DNA of 64,000 nucleotides from Eledone cirrhosa (GCA_964016885.1 OZ024741.1:202678001-202742000); one strand, 5' to 3'. Positions 1 to 13,146 are shown, counted from the stretch's first letter. Translations and numbers: made by a program. The notes: a model not told the origin generated them from the sequence alone.

Positions 1-69
1 AGGGAATTTGAACTGAGAGCGTAAAGGGACATGACTCTATGCCGCACAGCATGGTGTCTGACACGCTCC

Positions 70-828
70 ACCCCGATAGGTGGTGTTGGTAATAGTAGTG
101 GTAATGAGGGTTGTGTTGGTGTCGCTGGTGTTAGTGCTGTGGTGTTGGCGTTGGTGTTAATTGTGGTAGTGGTGTTGGATTTGGTGATGGTGTTGATGGT
201 GGTGTCAGTAAGAGTACTGAAGCGATAGTGACAACTGGCGAGGTGTTGTTGGAGGAGGCGGCGGGGGCGGTGGTGGATGTGTGGGGGGGGGATGATGGCG
301 TCGATAATAGTAGTAAAATGAGTGACAACAGCCGGAGTGTTGTACGTGGCGGCGGTGGTAGTGGTGGTGGTGGTGCTGATGTTGGTGTTGTTGATGTTCT
401 GAGGGGTAATGGTGGTGGGGGTGATGATGGCGGTGTTGGTGGTGGTGGTGGTGGTGATGATGGGGGTGTTGGTGGTGGTGGTGGTGATGGGGGTGTTGGT
501 GGTGGTGGTGATGATGGGGGTGTTGGTGGTGGTGGTGGTGATGATGGGGGTGTTGGTGGTGGTGATGATGGGGGTGTTGTTGGTGGTGGTGGTGATGGGG
601 GTGTTGGTGGTGAGGATGGGGGTGTTGGTGGTGGTGGTGATGATGGGGGTATTGGTGGTGGTGGTGGTGAGGGTGGGGGTGTTGGTGGTGGTGGTGATGG
701 GGGTGTTGGTGGTGGTGGTGATGATGGGGGTGTTGGTGGCGGTGGTGATGATGGGGGTGTTGGTGGTGGGGGTGATGATGGGGGTGTTGGTGGTGGTGGT
801 GGTGAGGATGGAGGTGTTGGTGGTGGTT
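70..828. repeat. GGT-rich low-complexity/minisatellite tract (unit about GGTGGTGGTGATGATGGGGGTGTT)
   Basis: Imperfect tandem GGT/GAT/GTT units; the Gly-, Val- and His-rich ORFs in several frames are read-throughs. Confidence 0.9.
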
Positions 829-929
829 CGCGTGCCCCACATGTGTGAATAATTTTGGCTTTTCCATTTGGATTAGTTTCTACTTATGATGCTGATGATT
901 TCGTTTTATGGCCAACAGCGATGTGTGAT

Positions 930-1005
930 ACTCACACACATACATACACACTCACACACACACACATATATATATATATATACATATACACACTCACACA
1001 CACGC

Positions 1006-1038
<33 letters not shown>

Positions 1039-1229
1039 TGCATGTACATGCTCACACACAGACACACATATATATATCCATATATATATGTATATATATA
1101 TATGTATATATATATATTTATATATATATATGTATATATATATATATTTATATATATATATATACATATGTATATTATATATATATATGTATACGTATAT
1201 ATAATATATATATACACATACAAACACAC

Positions 1230-1276
<47 letters not shown>

Positions 1277-1330
1277 ATATATATATATATACACATATAC
1301 ATACATATATATATATGTATATATATATAC

Positions 1331-1364
<34 letters not shown>

Positions 1365-1365
1365 G

Positions 1366-1400
<35 letters not shown>

Positions 1401-1420
1401 ATATATATATATATATATGC

Positions 1421-1495
<75 letters not shown>

Positions 1496-1520
1496 CACAC
1501 ACACATATATATATATATAT
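930..1520. repeat. Compound (CA)n/(TA)n/(TATC)n microsatellite
   Basis: Directly visible; dozens of similar (TA)n tracts occur through the window. Confidence 0.95.
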
Positions 1521-1925
1521 AGTTTTTTTTTACCAACATAAACATAGGGAAAGATATTTTATTTATTTATTTCCATTTTAAATTTGCATTACTGTTATTT
1601 TTGACTCAAATGTTGAAGACAAAATTCTTCCTCTTTATTTTTTTGTGGAAGTGAAATCGTGAAAACAGACTTGCCGGTGATTTTTGACAAATGTTTTATA
1701 TAAACGATGACCATATATGTATTTTAATGATGTACTGATGTACTTCTGCTTACTTTCATATTCCAGGTTTACATTTATTTATATTTAGTGAAAGAATGCT
1801 GTCTACGTGTGGGTGAGTGTTATATAAAAGATTTCAGATTCAGAAAATTCATCCTTTGCAGTTGTTTTTCTTGTAGCATAATTGTAACAGTAATTAATTG
1901 GTTACACTATATATAACTCGTTATA

Positions 1926-1990
<65 letters not shown>

Positions 1991-2038
1991 ATAAAATAAC
2001 AGGAGGCTGGACTGGTGTAAATCCTTGAAAGGTTTATT

Positions 2039-2096
2039 ATACTATGATCATTTCAATGACCGGGTTCAGTATGAATCCGGTGACATCATGAGGTAT
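2039..2096 (-). ncRNA. Degenerate type I hammerhead ribozyme with long stem II
   Basis: Minus strand: ATAC-CTCATGA-TGTCACCGGATTCATACTGAACCCGGTCATT-GAAA-TGATCA-TA-GTAT; core has G5 to C. Confidence 0.6.
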
Positions 2097-2326
2097 TTAA
2101 AATATAACAAAGGAATATAACAGATAAAATCCATGGGGCTGAAAATCAGAGACAAGAGGACGACCGACTATTTAGCAGCTTCTACCCCAGTCGGCCGCCT
2201 CGAGGGCGTATAATAAACCTTTCAAGGATTTACATCAGTCCAGCCTCCTGTTATTTTATAATAATTAACTCCGTACTCGCACCACCAACTATACAAACGA
2301 AGGCAGGTGAGTTGCATTACGTTGAG

Positions 2327-3427
2327 TCAGACTCAGACTCAGAAGCTCCCGCGTCTTGCGACGCATGAGGCCATCATAGTGTTCCACCGCGTTCGGTCAG
2401 CAGCCAGTTGCACAGCGTCCCGCCATTGTCTGTTTGTCGCTCGCAGGTCCCTCTCAACTGTCTGGCGCCAGTTCATTTTGGGTCGCCCTCTCCGTCTGAT
2501 TCCCTGTGGGAAGTCTCAAAGCGTGCCCAAACCAGCCCAGGCGTCGCTTGCAGATGGCAGAAGAGACTAGCTGCTGGTTGGTGCGGTTCCTGACTTCCTG
2601 GTTTGTTACATGGTCACTCCATTTAATCCCCAGGATCTTTCGCAGACACCTGGAATCGAATGCGTCCAACTTCTTCTCTTGGCTGGTATTAAGGTGCCAT
2701 GTTTCACTTCCGTACAAGAGTGTGGACAGCACGTTGCTGTTGTAGAATCTCATCTTTGTTTTGAGGGTGAACTTCCTGCTCTTCCAGATCTTGACAAGCT
2801 GGTTAAATGCTGCTGAAGCCTTTCCCATTCTACATTGCAATTCACTGTCCATGGCGCCCCCATTGTCAATGGAGCTTCCTAGGTAGGTGAAGTTGTCCAC
2901 TATCTCCACCTCCCCTGTTCAATGAAAACACTAGTTGGTGATGGGTGTGTCCCAGATAACATGCTTTTGGTCTTCTTAGCACTGATATTGAGACCTAAGC
3001 TTCCTGCATCGACATTGATATTGTTCATGATGATTTGCAGGTCAGCTGTGCTCTCTGCAAGTGCAACAATATCGTCCGCAAAGTCCAGGTCAGACAACTT
3101 TTGCTCTCCCACCCAAGATATACCCTGGTCTTTAGACGCTCTTCTTAGTACCCAGTCAATGGCTATGGCAAAAAGAATTGGAGAGAGCGAGCAACCCTGA
3201 CGCACACCAGTAACCACCTCAAACCAGTCACTGTAACCATCCTCTGTCCGTATGCAGCACTTGGAGTTTGCATAAATCTGTTTGATTGCCGAAATGACTT
3301 TCTGGGGCAGACCATACTCATGCATGATGCTCCAGAGTGACGGCCGATGAATGCTATCGAATGCTTTGGAGAAATCGATGAAGCTGACGGCGAGGTGCCT
3401 CTGGAATTCGTTGCACCTCTCAATGGT
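2327..3427 (-). mobile_element. 5'-truncated RTE-clade LINE, RT C-terminal half, frameshifted
   Basis: ORFs 2900-3463 and 2454-2909: FIDFSKAFDS, GVRQGCSLSP, LDFADD, FTYLGS, LLYGSETW; 3' tail of (CTGAGT)n. Confidence 0.93.
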
Positions 3428-3529
3428 GAGTGCTCTCCATAATATTACATCGAGATTGACCATACGGAATGACCAGTTCTATCCAGTGGTGAACCAACAA
3501 ACCTAAATAAATATATATATATATATATA

Positions 3530-3560
<31 letters not shown>

Positions 3561-3584
3561 AGATATATATATATCTAAAGTCTG

Positions 3585-3842
3585 TCTTAAGCCAGAAGGC
3601 TCATTTGGCCGGTGCTTATCCCGGTTTCATGGCGTGAAGTGACTGTAGTACAAGACTTCCCCCTGGACAGGACGCCAGGGTTAAACCTCCAGCTATTGCT
3701 GGTACTCATTTTCAGCTGAGTATACTGGAGCAACGTGAAATGAAATGTTTTGCTGAAGAACACAACACGCAGCCAAGGAATCGAACCCACGATATTATGA
3801 TCGTAAGTCCAACACTCTTACCACTAGGCCACGTGCCTCCAC
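3585..3842 (-). mobile_element. tRNA-derived SINE
   Basis: Minus strand starts GGAGGCACGTGGCCTAGTGG (A box) then GGTTCGATTCC (B box), followed by non-tRNA body. Confidence 0.8.
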
Positions 3843-3843
3843 C

Positions 3844-3899
<56 letters not shown>

Positions 3900-3939
3900 T
3901 ATATATATATATATATAATATATATATATCTTATATATA

Positions 3940-4043
<104 letters not shown>

Positions 4044-4073
4044 TATATATATATATATAATATATATATATCT

Positions 4074-4102
<29 letters not shown>

Positions 4103-4105
<3 letters not shown>

Positions 4106-5541
4106 CACTCACCTCTCATATTATCAAGGTATTTGAGAGGATGGTGAGATCACGAATAACCCACTTTCTTGAAAGCAACGGCCTGCTGAACTCCAACCAA
4201 CATGGGTTCCGTAATGGAAAGGACTGCCTAACGCAGCTCCTGCATCACTTTGACGATGTTTTGCGAGCCTTGGGAGAGGGCTCCAAGACTGATGTCATCT
4301 ACCTTGATTTCAGCAAGGCCCTCGACAGGGTTGATCATAAGATTCTACTGAAAAAACCATCCAATGCTGGTGTCTCTTGAAGGTTACTACAGTGGATCAA
4401 ATGTTTCCTGACAGGCAGAACCCAACATGTTGTAGTCGAAGGAGTAAAATCAAGCCCTGCCAAAGTTCGCACTGGCGTCCCACAAGGCACTGTGTTGGGC
4501 CCACTTCTTTTCATCATCTACATTAATGACATTATTGATATCATCAAACACAGTAACATCAGAATCTTCGCAGATGATTCCAAGCTCCAAAGAGTCATCA
4601 ATGAGGTGGGTGACCGGACTTGCCTTCAGTCAGACCTACTGACTGTTATCCAATGGGCAGAGATGAATAATATGCTGTTGAATGAGGATAAGTTTGAACT
4701 AATCCACTTTGGTAAAACGGATGCTCTGAAACTACCATACTCTCTTCCTTCGGGTGAAACTCTGGTGGCTTCTAATAACATCAGAGACCTGGGAGTAATT
4801 GAGGACAACAATATAAGCTGGGCCACTCATATAAACAGCAAAGTTGATATGGCCCCCAGAATGTACTCCTGGATTCTTAGAACTTTCCTGTTGAGAGATA
4901 TCCACACTGTTGTCCTTCTCTTCTCCACTTTTGCCCGACCCCCACCTTCAATACTGTTGTCCACTGTGGTCACCCCACACGAAACAAAGTATCATGAACG
5001 TTGAAGCACCCCAAAGGTCAATTACAAAAAAGATAGTTGGCATGACAGGCCTTGACTATTGGGGTCGATTAGAAAAGCTCAAACTTTATTCTCTTCAACG
5101 TCGCCGTGAACGCTACATTATCTGTATGATGTGGAAAATATTCCATCAGCTTAGCCCAAATGATGTTGGCATCATCTTTAGTGTACAACCAAGGCTTGGG
5201 CCCCGTGCTATCCGCCCAGGACAAAAATCCGACTCGCATCACATAACAACAATACGGCACAATTATTTCACCTCAATTGGCCTTGCACTCTTTAACATTA
5301 CACCAAAACACATCAAAGCAGAGACAGACCCCATCAAGTTCAAGAAGTCTTTGGATAAATTCCTTCAAGAAATCCCGGATAAGCCTCCTACACCCGGATA
5401 TGCCTCCGTAAACAATAACTCTCTGCTCGAGTGGGCCATGGTGCCCAGACACTGATTTGTAAGTCTTCGCTAGGTGGTGCTATTAAGTTAGACATGGCCT
5501 GGGCCAATACTGGCCGAAACCTATCAAAGTTATCAAAGTTA
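4103..5541 (+). mobile_element. 5'-truncated CR1/L2-group LINE RT, with stops and frameshifts
   Basis: NQHGFRNG, YLDFSKALD, GVPQGTVLGPLLF, FADDSKL, LKLYSLQRRRER; tandem 3' tail TATCAAAGT x2; flanked by (TA)n. Confidence 0.92.
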
Positions 5542-5556
5542 TATATATATATATAT

Positions 5557-5619
<63 letters not shown>

Positions 5620-5786
5620 GACGTAAAATAAGAAAATTAAAAAAATTAAAAATTAACTTACTTACTAAAATTTTCACTCCAACTAATTAGTTTCTGTAAT
5701 GGAATAAAGATAGTTACGCAATGTAACCATCGAGAATTCATTACGTCATTACCCTTGTGTTCTATCTTAGCATGTTGGTAGAGTAC

Positions 5787-6432
5787 ATGCTAAGATAGAA
5801 CACAAGGGTAAATTAGAGAACATAGAAATAAAAATAGAATCTACACACAGAAAAGATGCAATGTTTAGACAAATTACAGAGGCAATAAACATAAAAGAAT
5901 TACAACCAAAATTAAATAGAAAATATGAGTGGAACAGCAACATCACAACTTACAATTAAGGACAAAATGAAAACACACACACACATAGAACAAACAACCA
6001 ACCAGTAACATGTAAATAAACAAATAAATAAACAAATAGATAAATGAACAGAAACACACACAGACACCCGGATGTGGCGCATGCGCAGACTGAGCACACA
6101 ACACACACACAGAAACAAAATGGCGTAGGACAGAACAAAGGAGAGGCACAGAAACAAAGAAAGGAATCCCCAGTCACTAAAGAGGTCACAGAGTGTGTGA
6201 CGAAAGGACTATGACTATATATAAACAACTATCTGGTTGTGGAACCAACCAACCAACCAGAAATTTATAAATTTATAAATTTGTAAATTTATAAATATAT
6301 AATAAACTGAAGTGAAAGCAACTGGTGCGTGTGTTTCTTATTGGCAACATGACCCTCCCAAAGTATAACAATATCGGTTTCAACACACGATTTCAGATAA
6401 AGAATCTTGCTAAACAAATTCAGAAACGAAAT
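5787..6432 (+). mobile_element. Penelope-like element 3' end (GIY-YIG C-terminus plus terminal repeat)
   Basis: Encodes HAKIEHKGKLENIEIKIESTHRKDAMFRQITEAINIKELQPKLNRKYEW, matching ORF 27665-27934; hairpin junction at 5749-5811; ends in (TA)n. Confidence 0.85.
6172..6216 (+). ncRNA. Minimal type I hammerhead, PLE family A, mutated core
   Basis: AGTCA-CTAAAGA-G-GTCACAGAGTGTGTGAC-GAAA-GGAC-TA-TGACT; G5 to A relative to the copy at 60447. Confidence 0.75.
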
Positions 6433-6455
6433 ATATATATATCTTATATATATAT

Positions 6456-6537
<82 letters not shown>

Positions 6538-6541
6538 ATTA

Positions 6542-6627
<86 letters not shown>

Positions 6628-7075
6628 TGTGCAGCTAAGCACTCAATAGGGTATATTACCCTATAATGTATATATAAACGTTAAGACCCTCTTCCTGCTA
6701 TTTCAAGCGTTAAACTAATATATTCCTTCCATACCGTTTGTGTTGTTATTTCTGTTTCTCTTTTACCCTTACCCCCCCCCCCCCCCACACACACACACGC
6801 ACGCACACACCCATACGCACACACACATATGTATGCAATGTCTACATGTTACATAGGGAATGTATAGGTAAATCTTTCAAATATTTTCACATCAAATAAT
6901 TCAAAATATAAACACTCCTCAATATGAGCAAAGCTCTCCTTCAATGATATTAATATGTTGTGAATTATTTCGAAATACGTCATTTTCTGGTTCATTCTCT
7001 TTACCCTGGTTTTATTTGTAGGAGGGTTAGAAGCTGTCTAAACCATATTATCATTAAATGCCTGCCATTCTTTCT

Positions 7076-7262
7076 TGTGGTGAATTGGCAGTATCGGTAG
7101 AGGGTTGGACGCAATGCTTTCTAGCATAATTACGTCCCTTTACAATCTGAGTTCAAATCCCGCTGAGGTTAACTTTGCCTTTCATCCTTACGGGGTCGAT
7201 AAAATAAGGTACCAGTAATGTACTGGGTAATTGCTGGCCTAGTGCCTAAAGTAGAAACAATT
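7076..7262 (+). mobile_element. Abundant tRNA-derived SINE with CORE-like domain
   Basis: TGGCAGTATCGGT ... GAGTTCAAATCCC ... CTTTGCCTTTCATCCTTACGGGGTCGATAAAATAA. Other copies near 7289(-), 16343, 16460, 34067, 34975, 37062(-), 40470(-), 41400(-), 44883(-), 50951, 52562(-), 62925. Confidence 0.85.
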
Positions 7263-7460
7263 CTTTCTTGAACATGTTTTCATAATAGTTTCTAATGCTG
7301 ATACAAGGTCAGCATTTTGTGGGGAGGGGAAAGGAGATTAAATCAACCCTAGTATTTCATTAATAATTTATTTTATCAACCCTGAAAGGATGAAAGGCAA
7401 AGTTGACCTCGGTAAGATTTGAACCCAGAGCGTGAAGAGCCGTAACCAAATACTTTAAAG

Positions 7461-7758
7461 CAGTGGTCTCCAACCTTTTTTATACCACAGACTGGCTTCA
7501 TGCCAGACAACTTTCCGCGGACCGGTAGTTGCATATGTGTGTTATTTAAGTTCATTTCGATAAAGAGAGCAGTAATAAAAAGAGCAATTTATTAAAGTAG
7601 GTGAATATTGAATATTTAAACAAAACTTCTTAAATTAAAGTCCAATATTCAATTTATCTATTATATCATTTTAAATAAGTTAATTATTTCATTGCGGCCC
7701 GCTACGTAATGATCCACGGACCTGAACCGATCCGCGGCCCGGTGTTTGGGGACCTCTG
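7461..7758. mobile_element. hAT (Charlie-like) MITE inserted in a SINE
   Basis: Imperfect TIRs CAGTGGTCTCCAA / TTGGGGACCTCTG; 8 bp TSD CTTTAAAG / CCTTAAAG; SINE sequence continues on both sides. Confidence 0.85.
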
Positions 7759-7859
7759 CCTTAAAGCATTTAATCTGACTCTCTAATCCACCTCCCTGAC
7801 ACTGTTCTCATAATATTCACCTTAAAAATGATTTTCAGCGTATTCAATAAACATCTGTT

Positions 7860-8115
7860 ATTTTATTCTTTGCATACTATTAAGTCGAGCTGCTTACTCT
7901 GTAGAATATCAAGTAGTGTTATTCAAAAGGCTAGCATTGTCACATAGTGTGTCACACATTATGTCACATACTGTATCACGCTGAATCTCCCAGAGAACTA
8001 CATTAAACGTACACGTGTCTGTGGAATGCTCAGCTACTAGCAAGTTAATTTTACGAGTAGGCTGCTTCATTGATCGAACAACTGGAACACTCATCGTTAA
8101 AAGCTACGGAGGTCC
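7860..8115 (+). mobile_element. SINE family 3 body
   Basis: CTGAATCTCCCAGAGAACTAC...ACACGTGTCTGTGGAATGCTCAG motif recurs at 10030-10325(-, with tRNA head), 29750-29990(-), 31020-31200(-), 42000-42460, 50760-50940 and 51230-51570. Confidence 0.75.
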
Positions 8116-8440
8116 AGTCCAGGTCTATTCTGCAACGTTTAAAGTTTACGAATAAAACCATGAGGTTTTAATATGTCATAAACATTGATTATAAAGCAGA
8201 GTTTATGGAACTACTATCCTATTGGAATGTCTTCTATGACGTCACTGTGAAAACTTAGATGAGACTGTTGGCCACATATGCTAATGATTAGAAAATTCAG
8301 CTTCATTTACGGCCTGTCCTGATAAAGATCTTGCAGTAACTTAGAAATATTAGATCAAAGAATATTAATTAGTTAGATAGTCGGAGAGACGTTTTCTCTG
8401 CTAGTTAAATTGTTAGAGATATTTTATTCTACACCCTCCA

Positions 8441-8480
<40 letters not shown>

Positions 8481-8512
8481 GCACATATATATATATATAC
8501 ATACAGACTCAG

Positions 8513-8543
<31 letters not shown>

Positions 8544-8929
8544 CACACACACACGCACACACACATATATATACATACATACACACAAACTCAGTCACAC
8601 ACATACACACACATACACACACATACACACACTCACATACACGTACATACACACACACATACATATATACATACACACACATATATGGTGGCTGCCAACT
8701 CGTTTTCGAGTACGGCCACTACTTTATATACATGTAGGAGAACCCCTACCGATGCGCTGAATAAGTGTGACTTTTTAGTCCAGCCAGCTACTTGAAAACT
8801 CTGGTACAAACACTACACTTGTGACAATTATTGACACATAGTGCTGGGCCCATGGTACCATGTGACGACAAGTGCAGAGAGATCTCCAGATATAAAGCAA
8901 TGCCTGTGCTATGAAGCTTTTATAGTGAG

Positions 8930-9230
8930 CAAAGGCACTGCACAAAGCCAGTCCCACTCTCTTAACCAAGATGATATTTACCAAAAAGAAGAACAAGTCA
9001 ACATCATTGGAAACCATCAGGGTTGCAGGTGTTATATCAGAGTTTTCCTTCTCCTAGAATTCTGCCTTGACAAAGGCTAAGGGGTCATCTCTCCCGGTGA
9101 TTTTGGATGGCCATTGACTCTTAAGAGCTCCTTTGCCCTTTGACAGGTTTTGCAGGATGTCCAAAGTCACCCTCCTCACCAAGAAACCTTGGTGGGGTTG
9201 CCAGTTTAGTCGCCAACGCCAACGACCACA
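8930..9230 (-). mobile_element. Dispersed repeat, probably the 5' region of a non-LTR element
   Basis: Homologous to 32430-32935 (CCTGACAAAGGCTA, TCCTCACCAAG, GTTTAGTC blocks). Confidence 0.55.
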
Positions 9231-9395
9231 CACACATATATATACATACATACACACAAACTCAGTCACACACATACACACACATACACACACATACACA
9301 CACTCACATACACGTACATACACACACACATACATATATACATACACACACATATATATATATATATATACATACATACAGACTCAGACACACAA

Positions 9396-9428
<33 letters not shown>

Positions 9429-10419
9429 CATTCACACACGCACACACACACATTTATATATATAAATATATATATATACACACACACACACACATATATA
9501 TATATACATACACACAGACTCAGACACACATACACACATATAAGCAGACGAGTCGGATAGATATACAAAAAAAAAAAAAAATATTCGCATGATGCGCATT
9601 AAAATAAATCTCGGTTCAAAGTTTAGACTATGAAATTGAGAAAGTTGACACCGAAAAAGGGTACTATTTGAAATATATTTGAAATATTAGAAACTTAAGT
9701 ATGCAAAATTCACGTAGAAAAATTAATAAGCAATAACACTAACACAGCGTGATTCAGAATAATGTTGTATATAAAACATATACATAAGTCTGGCTTTTGG
9801 GTATTTTAGTTGTGATCATGTCATAGTTATCTCAGTAACCATAGTGAAACGCTGTGTAATATAGTATTTAACCGCTTAAAATATCCACAGCGAGACTTAT
9901 GTATGTTTATAATACATAAACATAATATTATACATAAACATATTGTATATACTTTCATATATACATTTATATAGAAAATATATATTAAGAACTGAATATG
10001 GAAGTCAGTTATTATAGGTTTTTGTGTTGGGTCTCCGTCGGTTACTACGACGAGTGTTCACCACACGCTCATAATACTTAAAGTAAGTGAGCATTCCACA
10101 CACACTTGCACCCTTAACGTAGTTCTCAGGGAGATTTCACGTGACACTGTGTGTGAGGAGGCTGGTCGTTTGAATTACAGGCAAACAAGAATTACAGGCA
10201 AACAACTTTTTCCAAACTGAGTGAACTGGAGAAAAGTGTTCTGCTCAAGGACACAACACATCGCCAGGAATCGAACTGATGGCCTTATAATCGTGGGCCC
10301 TAACCCCTAAGCTACGTGCCTTCACTTTTCTTTTCATAAAACATTGTAAGAAACCACTCAAAGCGAAATATGTTTCATATAATGCTGCATTGAATTGTGA
10401 TGTAAACTAGTCTCTGGTA

Positions 10420-10720
10420 AAACCGAGTAACAAAGATGATATAGCGAGTTCTTCCTCTTCGCACCGGCCGCCGTCAAGACCTTAGGCGTACTTAGACCCC
10501 GTACTGCCGAGATCCTCCGCAAGATCGGAATGTCGGTGGCCCGTCTGATTTTGGAGCCCGGCGAGGTGGGGTGGCTGTTGCAGTGGGTGTTGCTGGCCAT
10601 TGTCCACTTTTGCGGTCTTGTCCACGGGGCACAGCCCCATTACCACCGCACCCTAGGCCCAGAGCATATTCACCCTTTCCTTTCCCCCCATTCTTCCTTG
10701 ACACTAGTGCCTTTCCTTTT
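10420..10720 (+). mobile_element. CRE-clade-like non-LTR 3' fragment (RLE C-terminus)
   Basis: Translates APAAVKTLG..AEILRKIGMSVARLILEPGEVGWLLQWVLLAI, resembling CRE C-termini; related pieces at 51700-51900. Confidence 0.6.
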
Positions 10721-11314
10721 CCATTTTTTATATTTTCTTATTTTACATTCCATTTTTTCTTCTCAATCTATTTTTTTCTTTTTCTATATCATTATTGAGA
10801 AAGAAATTATTCTCATAATTGTCTTAGTTCTGGTCAATAATGTTAATCGTCCCTTGATAAATATTGTTGAATATAGATTTTAATGTTTTCGTTACCATAT
10901 TTCTAATGAAAGAAACTGCCTCGGATTTTAAAATAATTTTGAGAATAATCAATTATTAAACTGCTGTTTGGAACATAACAAATATTCTTACATTCTTAGT
11001 TAAATATAAACATGTTAACCTTTTCGTACTATATTTAGATAAATATAAACATTTTAACTTTTTAGTTCCTATAGTTGCAATGAAGGACAGTGCGTACGAT
11101 TTTCAAGCCATTTTGAAAATATTCAAGAATTTGGAGAATTTTAGAATATAACTAACTTCTTTTTAAGTTGGTGTTTGGAACATAACATAGATTTATGATG
11201 ATATGTTTTTAGATAATTACAAACTCCTTAACATTTTTGTTATCATTTCTAATGAAAAGTACTGCCTTCCAAGATTTTAAAATAATTTTGAAAATAACCA
11301 AGAATTTAGAGGGA

Positions 11315-11886
11315 TTAGACCACCCGTGACCCGTCGGGTCACGTTCACTTAAAAATCATGTTCGCTTAAACATAATTTTTAAATGATTAAAATATACAGA
11401 CATGTATATAATGTAAAATGAAATTGTGTGTGTGTACGTGTATGTGTATGTGTGTATACATGTATATATATATATATGTGTGTGTGTATATATATATATA
11501 TGTGTGGGTGTCTGTGACCTATATACACTGGTCACAGACACGCACACACGTATACACACACATACGCACACACATACACACATATATACATATATATATC
11601 CGCAACAACACCACCAGCTCTATCTCTCTTCCATTTTCCTTCTCTGTCTCATTCTCTCTCCCTCTCTACGTCTCTCTTTCAATCTACTCTCTATCAACCA
11701 CTATCTCCCTATCTCTCTCTCTATTTATGAAGGTACCCGGAAAAAACCCCGTGAAATTTTTTTATTCCATTTATGTTCCCATTTCAGGGGCAACTTCCTT
11801 TCAAAGTATTTTCCGATTATATCGCCGTTTTGGCTGTATTACATTACAGGCAAACACATAATCACAGAGTTTTAGTAGTATATAGA
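11315..11886 (-). mobile_element. Non-autonomous Helitron
   Basis: Minus strand begins A|TCTATATACTACTAAAAC and ends with hairpin CGTGACCCGACGGGTCACG then GGTGGTCTAA|T (CTAG-like); interrupts an AT-rich repeat also seen at 44600-45300. Confidence 0.65.
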
Positions 11887-11891
11887 TAACT

Positions 11892-13146
11892 AGCGGCTTC
11901 CCGCCTACATTAGTGATCCCCTCTGGCTTCTCAACATTTTCTACCAGATATTTTGTTTTAGTCTCATTCATTCTCAGCTCCACACTCATCGACACAGTCT
12001 CAACCTCCTGCATCAAATCCTCTGCCCCCTTCACTGTATTTGTCACCAAACTATGTCGTCGGCAAATTCAGCATCCGATATCTTTTTTGGTTTAACTCTC
12101 CTGCTCTGAGCCGGTGCTACAGTAAATCCAGAGTCCTGGTGTTTCTCCAGTGCAAGGCGCATACAATAGTCCACTACGATGATAAAAAGGTAGGGAGCCA
12201 ATGTATCTCCCTGGAGCACTCCAGCCAGTATTTCAAAGAACTCTGGCATCCCATCAAGTGTAATGACTTGGTCTTTGGTGTTGGTGTAGAGCAGTGATAT
12301 CAGGTCCACTATCTTCTTGGGGATTCCATAAGCCTGTAAGATCTTCATCATGCAGTGACGGTCCACATAATGAAAGGCCTTCCTAAAGTCAATGAAAACC
12401 ATGACTGCAGGAAAGCACTTTTCTCTAGCTCCCTCTAATATCCTCCTCAGCATCAGGATGTGACTGGTGGTTGATCTTCCCTCTCTGAAGCCGTTCTGGT
12501 TGTCCTTGAGCTTCTTCTCCATCTTAGGCTGGATCCTGTTAAGAATCATCCTGTTGAGGCTCTTTGCCACAAGTGACGTCTGTATTTGGGAGCAAAGATT
12601 GGGAATATGGAAGATGATGTGGTTGAGAAGAAGAGCAAAACCTGGGCGGCGTGCCACATCTTGAGATCGGTGTGGAAGTCGGACCTTCGTAAAGACCTGA
12701 AAATCCGCCTCTTCATTGCTGTAGTTGAGTCTGTGCTGCTGTACGGGTCTGAAACTTGGACACTGACCAAGAAACTCACTCAGATGGTGGATGGGTGCTA
12801 CACGAGAATGCTGAGGATGGCTCTGAACATTAATCAGTATACACTGAGGATGAAAAACTCAGAGCTGTATGGGAGCCTCCCAAAAATCAGCTCAAAAGTG
12901 ACACAGAGGAGACTGAGGTTAGCTGGACATGCTCACCGGCATCCAGAGTTGACATTGCACTCAGTGCTCCTGTGGGAGCCCCTACATCGACACACTGGAA
13001 GAGGAAGACCAAGGTTAACATATGTTGATGCCCTAAGGACAGATACTGGTCTGTTGGAGACGCAGGACATGGCAGTGATAATGAGGGACAGAGACCGCTG
13101 GAGAGAACTCGTCCATGGATCTCGGGAATTTTACCCGCCCTAGAAA
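11892..13146 (+). mobile_element. RTE-clade LINE with 5' inversion
   Basis: 11892-12576 encodes the RT N-part on minus (QNGFREGRS, GVLQGDTLAP, EFADD); 12577-13143 encodes the RT C-part on plus (YLGA, LLYGSETW); TSD ATAGATAACT at 11882-11891 and 13147-13156. Confidence 0.92.

Larger units (their letters stand above)
1988..3510. mobile_element. (TA)n-embedded non-coding PLE-terminus-like element with inverted repeat, interrupted by an RTE LINE
   Basis: About 55 bp inverted repeat 1988-2042 vs 2208-2260; 2262-2326 plus 3428-3505 align contiguously with 38221-38365. Confidence 0.65.

Noticed and set aside
205-867. His-rich or Gly-rich protein ORFs
   Set aside because: Open in several frames on both strands because of GGT repeats; no unique flanking coding sequence.
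855-1581. YIYI/HTHT/CVCV-type ORFs here and throughout
   Set aside because: Dinucleotide microsatellites lack stop codons; not genes.
3770-3842. tRNA gene
   Set aside because: A and B boxes present but no acceptor stem closure and it continues into a SINE body; same for other SINE heads.
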